Shown: positions 1 through 8,013 of the stretch, piece by piece
Numbering within the stretch: position 1 is the first letter of the stretch
How the letters are laid out: each line of letters opens with the position of its first letter
The notes under the pieces: model-generated
Told to the model about the DNA's origin: nothing
The model's database searches: none
What the model saw: only the letters and a program-made list of their open reading frames with translations
Assembly (NCBI GenBank): GCA_963817955.1
Contig: CAWFQK010000002.1
Coordinates: 992,001 to 1,056,000, forward strand
DNA from: an uncultured Gemmatimonadaceae bacterium
GTDB taxonomy: Bacteria > Gemmatimonadota > Gemmatimonadetes > Gemmatimonadales > Gemmatimonadaceae
Reading direction: 5' to 3'
DNA: 64,000 nt
Translations under genes and position numbers: made by a program

Positions 1-1013
1 GCACGATCAACATGATCCGGCTGGGCGAGGCGCTCGCCGCGACGGATGCCGGCGTAGGCGGCCCGCCAGTGCGTGCGCTGGTGGTTTACAACTCCAACCC
101 TGCCGCGGTGGCGCCGGACCGCAACATGGTCCTACGCGGCATGGCGCGGGACGACCTCTTCACGGTCGTGCTCGAGCATTTTCAGACCGATACGGCCGAT
201 TACGCCGACATCCTCCTTCCGGCCACGACGCAACTCGAGCACTGGGACCTGCATCTCTCATACGGCCACCATTACGTCACGCTCAATCGCCCGTCCATCG
301 ACCCGCTCGGCGAGGCCTTGCCGAACAGCGAGATCTTTCGACGTCTAGCGACATGTATGGGACTCGATCATCCGGCGCTGCGCGACGACGACCTGACGAT
401 GATCAGCCAGGCACTCCCCTCCCCCAGCGAGATGCTCCAGGGCGTGACGTTGGACGTATTGCTCGAAAAGGGATGGACACGCCTGAACGTGCCGACACCC
501 TACCTCCCGTACGCCGACGGAGGCTTTCCGACGCCTTCCGGAAAGTGTGAGTTCTACTCGGCACGCATGGCCGAGATGGGGCTCGATCCGCTGCCGTCGT
601 TCACGCCGCCCTACGAATTTCCGGACACCGCGCCGGCACTCGCCGCGCGGTACCCGCTGACGCTCATTTCGTCGCCGGCCCACCAGTTTCTCAACTCCAC
701 CTTTGTGAACGTCGACTCCCTGCGCCGCGACGCGCGCGAACCGGAGTGCTTACTGCACCCGGCGGACGCAGTCGCGCGTCGTATTGTTTCGGGCGCACGC
801 GTCATCGTACACAACGACCGTGGAGCGTTTACCGCCGTGGCGCGCGTCGAAGACTCGATTCGCGCGGGCGTGGTGTGGGCGCCGTCCATCTGGTGGGGCA
901 AGTTCGCTGCTGACGGCGCAAACGCGAACCAGACGACGTCGCAGCGCGAAACCGACCTGGGACATGGGCCGGTGTTCTACGACAACCTCGTGGAGGTTGG
1001 GCTGGCCAACTGA
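1..1013 (+). CDS. Molybdopterin oxidoreductase family protein, C-terminal part (5' end outside window)
   Basis: Motifs VYNSNPAAVAPD, TDTADYADILLPATT, FPTPSGKCEFYS, and C-terminal molybdopterin dinucleotide-binding region (FLNSTF, LHPADA...I..G..V.V.N.RG). Frame is open to the window start. Confidence 0.9.
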   Translation, partial: TINMIRLGEALAATDAGVGGPPVRALVVYNSNPAAVAPDRNMVLRGMARDDLFTVVLEHFQTDTADYADILLPATTQLEHWDLHLSYGHHYVTLNRPSIDPLGEALPNSEIFRRLATCMGLDHPALRDDDLTMISQALPSPSEMLQGVTLDVLLEKGWTRLNVPTPYLPYADGGFPTPSGKCEFYSARMAEMGLDPLPSFTPPYEFPDTAPALAARYPLTLISSPAHQFLNSTFVNVDSLRRDAREPECLLHPADAVARRIVSGARVIVHNDRGAFTAVARVEDSIRAGVVWAPSIWWGKFAADGANANQTTSQRETDLGHGPVFYDNLVEVGLAN

Positions 1014-1142
1014 CTCGGCAATGCCACTGGCAGGTTGCCGCCGGGGCCGCCGGCCCAAAGAACGGGATTCCCTGGCTTGCGTCCGCGCTGCTTCGGCGCC
1101 TTCATTGCATAAGGTCGACCCCGTACGCGGACCGGAGACAAC

Positions 1143-2609
1143 GTGGAGTCGCACCCTGAAACACTAGGCGCTCTCAAGCGCTCGCCGCATGGCGTTCCCG
1201 AGCGCGCATTTCGTAAGGTCAAAGACGAGATGCGCCAGAATCTTCTCGCACGGCTCTGCCGGGGCGGGCCGCTGTTCGCTGGCGTGCTCGGCTACGAAGA
1301 GACCGTCATGCCACAGATCGTCAACGCGCTCCTGTCGCGGCACAACTTCATTCTCCTCGGGTTGCGGGGACAGGCGAAGTCGCGGATCCTGCGCGCCCTG
1401 GTGACGCTGCTCGACGACACGATGCCAATCGTTGCCGGTAGCGAGATCAACGACAACCCGTTCGCGCCAATCTCGAAATACGCGCGCAATCTCATCACAG
1501 AAGCCGGCGACGACACGCCGATTGCCTGGGTGGGACGAGACAACCGATACGTCGAGAAGCTCGCCACGCCCGATGTCACCATTGCCGATCTGATCGGCGA
1601 CCTCGATCCGATTCGCGCGGCGCGCGGCGGGCATCTGCTCTCCGATGAGCTGACCATCCATTACGGCATGCTCCCGCGCGCGAACCGCGGAATCTTCGCC
1701 CTGAACGAACTGCCAGACCTCGCCGGCAAAGTGCAGGTCGGTCTGTTCAACGTCATGCAGGAAGGCGACGTGCAGATCAAGGGCTATCCGGTGCGCCTGC
1801 CGCTCGACGTGCAACTCTGCTTCACGGCGAATCCCGAGGACTATACGGCGCGCGGCAAAATCATCACGCCGCTCAAGGACCGCATCGGCAGTGAGATCGT
1901 GACGCACTATCCGGCAACCATCGATCTCGGCATGGACATCACGAAGCAGGAAGCGTGGACCGCGCGCGAGAGCCGTCCGGTGCGCGTGCCGGATTTCGTC
2001 GCCGAGGTGATCGAGCGGATCGCATTCGAGGCGCGCAACGACCGCCGCATCGACAAGCGATCTGGCGTGTCGCAGCGCATGCCGATCGCGGTCATGGAGA
2101 ACGTGGTGTCGAATGCCGAGCGTCGCGCAATCGTGACGGACGACGGCGAGATCGTGCCGCGGATCTCCGACATCTATGCCGCACTGCCGGCGATCACGGG
2201 CAAGATCGAGCTCGAGTACGAGGGGGAGCTCGTGGGCGGCCCGACGATCGCGCGCGAGCTGATTCGACGCGCCTCGGACGCGACCTTTCAAGATCACGCC
2301 GGCGGCGTGAACGTCGACGATGTGATCATGTGGTTCGACGAGGGCGGCGCGCTGCAGGTGGCGGACGAAGCGCGCGGCGACATGGCGCTCAAGGGATTCG
2401 AGATCGTTCCCGACCTGCTGCGCATCGTGCACCACACGGGGCTATCGCCGGAGCACGATGCCGGGACCTCGGTGGCGGCGTGCGAGCTCGTGCTCGAGGC
2501 ACTGGTGGCGCGCAAGAAGATTTCGCGTTCCGACAACGGCCAATACGGACGGGCCAGCCCCGAGCCACGGCGGCGGCCGAATCAGGATCTGTTCGGCGGG
2601 GGGGCGTGA
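1143..2609 (+). CDS. Magnesium chelatase ChlI/MoxR-like AAA+ ATPase
   Basis: Walker A-like GLRGQAKS, ANRGIFALNELPDL, FTANPEDYTARGKIITPLKDRIGS. Confidence 0.85.
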   Translation: MESHPETLGALKRSPHGVPERAFRKVKDEMRQNLLARLCRGGPLFAGVLGYEETVMPQIVNALLSRHNFILLGLRGQAKSRILRALVTLLDDTMPIVAGSEINDNPFAPISKYARNLITEAGDDTPIAWVGRDNRYVEKLATPDVTIADLIGDLDPIRAARGGHLLSDELTIHYGMLPRANRGIFALNELPDLAGKVQVGLFNVMQEGDVQIKGYPVRLPLDVQLCFTANPEDYTARGKIITPLKDRIGSEIVTHYPATIDLGMDITKQEAWTARESRPVRVPDFVAEVIERIAFEARNDRRIDKRSGVSQRMPIAVMENVVSNAERRAIVTDDGEIVPRISDIYAALPAITGKIELEYEGELVGGPTIARELIRRASDATFQDHAGGVNVDDVIMWFDEGGALQVADEARGDMALKGFEIVPDLLRIVHHTGLSPEHDAGTSVAACELVLEALVARKKISRSDNGQYGRASPEPRRRPNQDLFGGGA

Positions 2610-3133
2610 ACCGCGCACTCTCGGTTCGGCCGGCGCAGCTCGATGATCTCGACTCGATCGTCGAGTTGCGCCTGTCGCTGCTCCTGGAATATCGCGACAA
2701 CCCGCTGTACGCCGGCCTGCGCCCGGATGCGAACGCCCGGGCCCACGATCTCTTTCGCGCTCAGATCCTGTCGCACGACGAGACGATCTTCGTGGCCGAA
2801 CGACGCCACGACATCGTCGGGGTCCTGCGCTGCGTCGACACGCCGAGCTCTCCACTGTTGCTTCCGGCGCGGTACTGCTACGTCTCGTCGGTCTACGTGC
2901 GACCGGCGGAAAGACGAAAGGGGGTACTCCATGCGCTGCTCGCTGCCGCCGAGCGCTGGTGCGAGGAGCGCGGCATCACCGAGATGCGTCTCCACAATTC
3001 CTCGACGTCGGACACGGCCGAACGTGCCTGGAGCGCGCTCGGATTCGACGTCGTCGAACACGTGCGCCGGCGCGAGTTGCCGGCGCATCGAACGACACCG
3101 CAGGTTCACGAGCACGTGGAGACACACCGATAA
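2606..3133 (+). CDS. GNAT family N-acetyltransferase
   Basis: GTG overlaps the upstream TGA; VYVRPAERRKGV acetyl-CoA motif; A..AWSALGF. Confidence 0.85.
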   Translation: MNRALSVRPAQLDDLDSIVELRLSLLLEYRDNPLYAGLRPDANARAHDLFRAQILSHDETIFVAERRHDIVGVLRCVDTPSSPLLLPARYCYVSSVYVRPAERRKGVLHALLAAAERWCEERGITEMRLHNSSTSDTAERAWSALGFDVVEHVRRRELPAHRTTPQVHEHVETHR

Positions 3134-3771
3134 TGCCGGTCATCACCATTTCGCGCATGTACGGGTCCGGCGGTTCGGAAGTGGCCGCGCGCATCGCGGC
3201 GGCACTCGGATGGTCGCTGTTCGACAACGCGATCATCGACGCCGTTGCCGAACGCTCAGGCCTGACACGCGCCGAAGTCAGCGAACAGGAAGAGCGCGTG
3301 CCGTCAATGGTTGAACGACTCGCTACGGCGTTGTCGCTTGGTTCACCGGAGATCATGCCGCCCGTTCCCAGCGGACCGCTCGAGACGACGGAAGAGCGCA
3401 TCGTCGCGATTACCAGCCGGGTGATCGACGAAGCGGTGCAAACCGGGCCTGCGGTATTCGTTGGCCGCGGCGCGCAGTGCCTGCTCGCGGAGCGAACCGA
3501 CGCCCTGCACGTGTTCTGTTACGCAGCCAAAGAGGCGCTCCAACGCTACACGATGGAGCACTTCAACCTATCCGCAGCGGAAGCGGAGCGGATGGTGCAC
3601 GACCAGAACCGGCAGCGCGAGCAATATGTGAAGCGTCACTGGAATCGGAATTGGCTTGCGTACGAGAACTACCATCTGTGTCTCAATACCGCGTGGCTCG
3701 GCATCGAGCGCTCCGCAGAGCTCGTGACGCTCGCGGCGCGGGAGCAGTTCGATCTGGCGGGAGTCCGGTGA
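3133..3771 (+). CDS. Cytidylate kinase-like family protein
   Basis: TAATG coupling; VITISRMYGSGGSEVA P-loop; VFVGRGAQ; YHLCLNT. Confidence 0.85.
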   Translation: MPVITISRMYGSGGSEVAARIAAALGWSLFDNAIIDAVAERSGLTRAEVSEQEERVPSMVERLATALSLGSPEIMPPVPSGPLETTEERIVAITSRVIDEAVQTGPAVFVGRGAQCLLAERTDALHVFCYAAKEALQRYTMEHFNLSAAEAERMVHDQNRQREQYVKRHWNRNWLAYENYHLCLNTAWLGIERSAELVTLAAREQFDLAGVR

Positions 3772-3776
3772 TTACT

Positions 3777-3809
3777 CGGGACACGAGACACGAGACACGG
3801 GACACGAGA
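3777..3809 (+). repeat. GGGACAC/GAGACAC heptamer tandem repeat
   Basis: cgggacacgagacacgagacacgggacacgaga between convergent stop codons. Confidence 0.9.
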
Positions 3810-3811
3810 TG

Positions 3812-4924
3812 CTAGTCCGCGCGTTTGAGCGCGTGGAAGCGGTGAAGCACATCGTCGGGCAGCACGAGGTTGTCTGCGATTGCGGCGACCTCGTCAGCAT
3901 CTCGCCACGCCGCCTCGAGCGTGGCCAGCTCGCCCTCGAGCGCCCGGCGCTCGCTGTCTTCATGCGTCGCCATCTCCAAGGCGAGGCGGACATCCTGCGG
4001 AAGGTTGACCACCGCGCCTTCTGGTGTAGACTTGCCGAACCGTTGGATGCGGGATGGTGAGTGATCTGCGAAGTATTTGAACAAAGCCGAAGGGTCCGGA
4101 GTTTCGCCAAGCAGGTTGACGGCGGATGACAGTTGTTCGCGCTTGGCGCCACTCGCGTTGAGCACGGGAAGCAGCTTTGCCGCCGCCCGCAGCGCTACAT
4201 CGCCGGTGAGGGTCGTGGAGATCCACTGGGGACCATTCCAGCGCGATGCCTGCAGCATCCTGCCATTCTTCAGATGCACCGGCTCCGAACGCGGCCCCTG
4301 GATCGGCACGTTCAAGGCCCAGCCGTCACTCGCCGGAACGAGCGTGACACGGTAGAGCTGGTCGAGGCGCACCGACACCGGAACGGTGAATTCCGGCACG
4401 GTGAGCGTTCGGACCCTGCGCTGCCGAAACACATTGGCCGTGGTGTTGACGACACTCGAAATTGCCGTCACACCGCTGGCGATGGTGGTGATGAGCGCAC
4501 CGCCGGCTATGAGGTGAGTAACCGGCCCGAGTACGGCGGCACCCGTGGTAGCGGCGAGTCCGAGGCCGGTATAGAGCAAGTGCTTCCGACGCCGCCGGCC
4601 GAATTGATCGCCATAGCGCCACGCTGCCATTTCAGGACGTTGCGGCGATCCGATCCGCACGAGCGTGAGCCCGTCTCCCGCACGCGCGAGCCCGATGTTC
4701 TCGGTGGACATGCGCAAGCGCGTGCTCCGAAACAACCGCTCGCACTCCTCGATTGCCTCCCAGCGCTCCTCGAGCGGCGACAGGTTCCAACGCTCGCACG
4801 TACGGCATACCACCCACAGTCGCCCATGTGCCGAATCGAACGCCAGTCGACGGCCGACTGGAAAATGTTCGACCGCCTCGTTGGCCCCGAGCGGTGAATT
4901 GCAGAAGATGCAAGTGGAGAACAT
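3812..4924 (-). CDS. Conserved hypothetical protein with N-terminal Cys pairs (CxxC...CxxC) and a central hydrophobic segment
   Basis: MFSTCIFCN...WVVCRTCERW. The upstream extension in the ORF track runs through repeat DNA, so ATG 4924 is preferred. Confidence 0.75.
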   Translation of the reverse strand: MFSTCIFCNSPLGANEAVEHFPVGRRLAFDSAHGRLWVVCRTCERWNLSPLEERWEAIEECERLFRSTRLRMSTENIGLARAGDGLTLVRIGSPQRPEMAAWRYGDQFGRRRRKHLLYTGLGLAATTGAAVLGPVTHLIAGGALITTIASGVTAISSVVNTTANVFRQRRVRTLTVPEFTVPVSVRLDQLYRVTLVPASDGWALNVPIQGPRSEPVHLKNGRMLQASRWNGPQWISTTLTGDVALRAAAKLLPVLNASGAKREQLSSAVNLLGETPDPSALFKYFADHSPSRIQRFGKSTPEGAVVNLPQDVRLALEMATHEDSERRALEGELATLEAAWRDADEVAAIADNLVLPDDVLHRFHALKRAD

Positions 4925-4973
4925 GGCGCGCTGAAGATAGTGCATCGGGTTGTCGAGCACGCGTGCCTTCTCG

Positions 4974-5023
4974 CACCGGTCGGCGAGGTTCGGGTGTCGA
5001 GCGGTGAGTTGTGTGCTGTGAGT
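4974..5023 (-). repeat. Partial inverted copy of the ~100-bp dispersed element
   Basis: 4974-4992 is the exact reverse complement of 5063-5081 (cgaacctcgccgaccggtg), with CACAACT-like heptamers beside it. Confidence 0.8.
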
Positions 5024-5032
5024 ATCTAAAAA

Positions 5033-5149
5033 CGCACCACGCACAACGCACAACTGGAAACTCGAACCTCGCCGACCGGTGGGCCGACCGCTACGGAGCA
5101 GCCAGCGACATCCAGCCGGTCAACACCCCGGAGCCCCGTCCACGCTGCA
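5033..5149 (+). repeat. ~100-bp dispersed intergenic element, copy 1
   Basis: cacaac heptamers + ctcgccgaccggtgggccgaccgctacggagcagccagcg core; recurs at 7843 and 33360. Confidence 0.9.
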
Positions 5150-5322
5150 CGGTCGCCGCTCTACCGGCTTACGAGCCAGACACCCTGGTGCTGGTGACCT
5201 TCGCAGTTCTTGCGTAGGCGCTCTAATGACCTTCTCGCGGGTTCGGGGACACGGGTCTGACGTACCTCTCTACTATCTACTAACGCCGAAACGCTCAAAA
5301 CATGTCGGTTTTGGTCAATCGG

Positions 5323-6672
5323 TCACATTGGCCCTTGCGCTGACCCCCCAATTTCGGAACTAATATATAGGACTACGATCATCGCGGGACGAACGGGCGG
5401 CGAGACGGGATCGCTCGTGCCACGCATCGAATGCGAATAGGTCGAGACGGGATCGATCCTGGCACGCTTCAAATGCGAACGGGTCGAGACGGGATCGATC
5501 GTGGTGAGATCGGATTCGAACGGGTCGAGACGGGATTCGAGCGTGTCGAGATGGGATTCGAGCGTGTCGAGCAGGGATCCTAACGCGGCGAGATGGCATT
5601 CGATCGTGCCGAGCAAGGATCGCAACGCGGCGAGATGGCATCGCAACGCCGCGAGATGGAATGCGATCGTGCCGAGCGAGCATTGCAACGCCGCGAGGTG
5701 GCATTGCAACACGCCAAGCAGGGATCCTCGCCTGCCCAGATCGGATCGCAACGGATCAAGCAGGGATCGCCGCGCGTCGAGACCGAATCGCAACGGGGCG
5801 AGCGAGGATCGCAGCGCGTCGAGACGGAATCGCAACGCCGCGAGCAAGGATCCCAGCGGGGTGAGGCAGGATCCTCGCGTGCCGAGCAGGCATTGCAACC
5901 GGCCGAGAAGGGATGCGATCGCGTCGAGATCGCATCGCCTCGCTGCGAGACGACACCCGAACGCGTCGAGACGGCACTCCAACTCGCCGAGACGTAATCG
6001 GAGCGCGTCGAGCTGAGATTCCAACGCGTCGAGACAACACTCGAGCGCGTCGAGATGGCACCCCAACTCTGCGAGACACAATCGGAGCGCGTCGAGGCGG
6101 CACCCGAGCGCGCCGAGATGGGATTCTAACTCGTCGACCGGGCACCCCATCGGGTCGAGCTGGAATCCGAACTCGTCGAGACGCAATCGGAGCACGTCGA
6201 GAGAGCACTCCAACGCGGCGAGACGGCAGTCGAGCTCATCGAGATGGAACCCTCGCGCGTCGAGATGCCACTGCAACGCGTCGAGACGCCACGCCACCTC
6301 GCTGAGGCGGCACCCCAACTCTGCGAGACGACACCCCAACGCTCCGAGACGACAGCGCAACTCTGCGAGACCACATCGCAAATCCCCGAGACGACATCGC
6401 AACTCCCCAAGACGACATCGCAACTCCCCAAGACCACACCGCAACCGCTCGAGGCGGTTGCTCCCGTTTTTCGACCCCGGCGCGTCGGGCGCCCGTCGGG
6501 GGGCAGCTCTCTTTCGGCGCCCCGTTGGCCGGGAGGCCACATGAAATACCACGAAGGCAGTATGCTCGAAGCGCTCCGCCGCATCGACACCTTTCTCGAT
6601 GCCCAACCCACGGCGTTCGCCCCGCTCCTGGGTTCTGCCGCTCGGCAGGAGCTCACCGACACCATCACCCAA
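5323..6672 (-). CDS. Possible heptad-repeat (LxxLxxx), Cys-rich coiled-coil ORF encoded by the array; start uncertain
   Basis: Stop-free across the array; a/d positions use synonymous Leu codons CTC/CTT/CTG/TTG/TTA; no convincing RBS or start; overlaps the start of the + strand gene. Confidence 0.35.
   Translation of the reverse strand: MGDGVGELLPSGRTQERGERRGLGIEKGVDAAERFEHTAFVVFHVASRPTGRRKRAAPRRAPDAPGSKNGSNRLERLRCGLGELRCRLGELRCRLGDLRCGLAELRCRLGALGCRLAELGCRLSEVAWRLDALQWHLDARGFHLDELDCRLAALECSLDVLRLRLDEFGFQLDPMGCPVDELESHLGALGCRLDALRLCLAELGCHLDALECCLDALESQLDALRLRLGELECRLDAFGCRLAARRCDLDAIASLLGRLQCLLGTRGSCLTPLGSLLAALRFRLDALRSSLAPLRFGLDARRSLLDPLRSDLGRRGSLLGVLQCHLAALQCSLGTIAFHLAALRCHLAALRSLLGTIECHLAALGSLLDTLESHLDTLESRLDPFESDLTTIDPVSTRSHLKRARIDPVSTYSHSMRGTSDPVSPPVRPAMIVVLYISSEIGGSAQGPM
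5334..5371 (+). promoter_or_regulatory. Conserved promoter-like motif CTTGCGCTG-N16-ACTA-N5-TAGG upstream of the 21-nt array
   Basis: Same boxes and spacing at 28151-28114 on the minus strand, upstream of the second array; AT-rich context. Confidence 0.55.
5401..6470. repeat. Degenerate 21-nt-period tandem array (~50 units)
   Basis: Units start c(g/a/c)ag every 21 nt without an indel from 5505 to 6470; 5401-5484 shows a 42-nt dimer period; one 20-nt unit at 5485-5504. Confidence 0.95.
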
Positions 6673-7300
6673 CTCAGCGCGTCCGCCACTGCTCAGGAGG
6701 TCGGTGGCCGCGCGAGCCGAGGAGGGACGTCGAAGCTGCGCGCGCTGCGCCTTGCGCTACGGATCCACCATATGGATCCCATCGCGGCGATCGCGAAGCT
6801 TCGGTTGCCGGCTGTTCCCGATTTTAGCTCCCTCACCACGCCGCGCTCGACCGTGCCGACGGAGCGACTGCTCGCTGCGGCGGCCGCAATGGGCGAGGCC
6901 GCGGCTCGGCACGTGGCGGTGTTCACGGCTAACGGGCTTCCGGCGGATTTCCTCGCGCGGTTGCAGGCGTCCGCGCAGGCGCTGCAGGACGCCATTGATG
7001 GGCGATCAGGGCAAACCGTGGTCCGAAGCGGGGCGACGGCCATCCCTGGCGGCTGAGGAGCGGCGTGGTCGCACCATCATCACGGTGCTCAACGGCTTGC
7101 TGCTGCCGTTGATCGGCGCCGATGCCGGCCTGCAGGCGGCATGGACCACGGCGAAGCGCGTCGCGCGCAAGCCGGGCGTCAAGATCGGCGCTCGCGCGAG
7201 CGCGGCACAAGCGGACGCCACCACGCAGGGCAGTACGGCGGCGCCAGCAACGCCGCCGGCAGCATCCACACCTCCGGCATCGCAGTTGCCGGCGGTGTAA
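6541..7300 (+). pseudogene. Uncharacterised Ala-rich helical protein (~252 aa if repaired), with a +1 frameshift near 7040
   Basis: GGAGG RBS at 6532-6536 before ATG 6541. Removing one C at 7040/7041 joins ...VRSGATA to SLAAEERRG...AAWTTAKRV, collinear with the paralog at 27130. Confidence 0.8.
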
Positions 7301-7333
7301 CACGCCGCACCAGTAGGTCACACCCCGCAGTAC

Positions 7334-7367
7334 ACGCGAACGGCCGCCCTCGGGCGGCCGTTCGCGT
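7334..7367 (+). terminator. Strong hairpin after the array-associated gene
   Basis: acgcgaacggccgccc / gggcggccgttcgcgt perfect inverted repeat; only a weak pyrimidine tail. Confidence 0.65.
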
Positions 7368-7456
7368 TCCTCCCCTCTCAAATACTGCTTTGTCCGACGT
7401 TCAGCGCTGGCGGCGGTAACGGCGCGAACGACTGCGATTGGGTTCGGCGCGCTTGG

Positions 7457-7714
7457 GGCAGGATCAAGCGATCGGGACGACGGGTGACTGTCTTCAGTGA
7501 TCAGTGCGTGAGTCATCAGTCATCAGTCGCGCGGCAAGGCGACGGGTTCTCGCTCGGGCTGGCCTCCGTGGCCGCGCGTTTTATTTGGTGGTGGGTGGTT
7601 GCGGGTCGCTTCGCCCGGTCGAGGGCTGTCGGGGTCCTCAGTCACTGACGACTGATCACCTACGCACTGATGACTGACCACTGTCACCCGCCGTCCCGAT
7701 CGCTTGATCCTGCC
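7457..7714. mobile_element. MITE/REPIN-like element with ~71-bp imperfect terminal inverted repeats
   Basis: Arms 7457-7527 and 7644-7714 (about 9 mismatches), 116-bp spacer, TGG on both flanks. Confidence 0.55.
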
Positions 7715-7750
7715 TGGCCACGACAAGCCATCTCGTCGGCTCGCCCATCG

Positions 7751-7840
7751 CAGAGATCCTTCGCTTCGCTCAGGATGACCGGCTTCGCTCAGGATGCCAG
7801 GCTGTGCTCAGGATGCCAGGCTGTGCTCAGGATAACAGGC
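7751..7840 (+). repeat. REP-like palindrome followed by tandem 19-bp copies of its right half
   Basis: cagagatccttcgcttcgctcaggatgac, then ggcttcgctcaggatgcca, ggctgtgctcaggatgcca, ggctgtgctcaggataaca. Confidence 0.85.
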
Positions 7841-7841
7841 A

Positions 7842-7951
7842 ACGCACAACTCACAACTGGCAACTCGCACCTCGCCGACCGGCGGGCCGACCGCTACGGA
7901 GCAGCCAGCGGCATCCAGTCCGTCAACACCCGGAGCCCAATCCACGCTGCA
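7842..7951 (+). repeat. ~100-bp dispersed intergenic element, copy 2
   Basis: About 8 differences from 5040-5137 over ~97 nt. Confidence 0.9.
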
Positions 7952-8013
7952 GCGGCCGGCGGGAGCCGCTGGCGAGCCAGGGACCCCGATGCGAACGACT
8001 CCGGTGCGAAAGA

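Noticed and set aside
1164..2435. Long antisense ORFs (also 24851-26026, 29483-30862, 55820-57259, 59064-60698 and others)
   Set aside because: They mirror well-supported genes on the other strand, which is expected in high-GC DNA, and show no recognisable motifs.
5401..6470. CRISPR array interpretation of the periodic repeats (also 27615-27970)
   Set aside because: Units are contiguous 21-mers with no constant repeat plus unique spacer structure, and no cas genes are in the window.
6244..6540. N-terminal repeat extension of the 6541 gene, as in the ORF track
   Set aside because: A strong GGAGG RBS precedes ATG 6541, and the same frame is broken by TAA three times further upstream in the array.
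7030..7060. Programmed ribosomal frameshift
   Set aside because: No slippery sequence or obvious stimulator; a single-base insertion or sequencing error is simpler.
5330..7370. Diversity-generating retroelement or retron
   Set aside because: No reverse transcriptase in the window and no template/variable repeat pair differing only at adenines.
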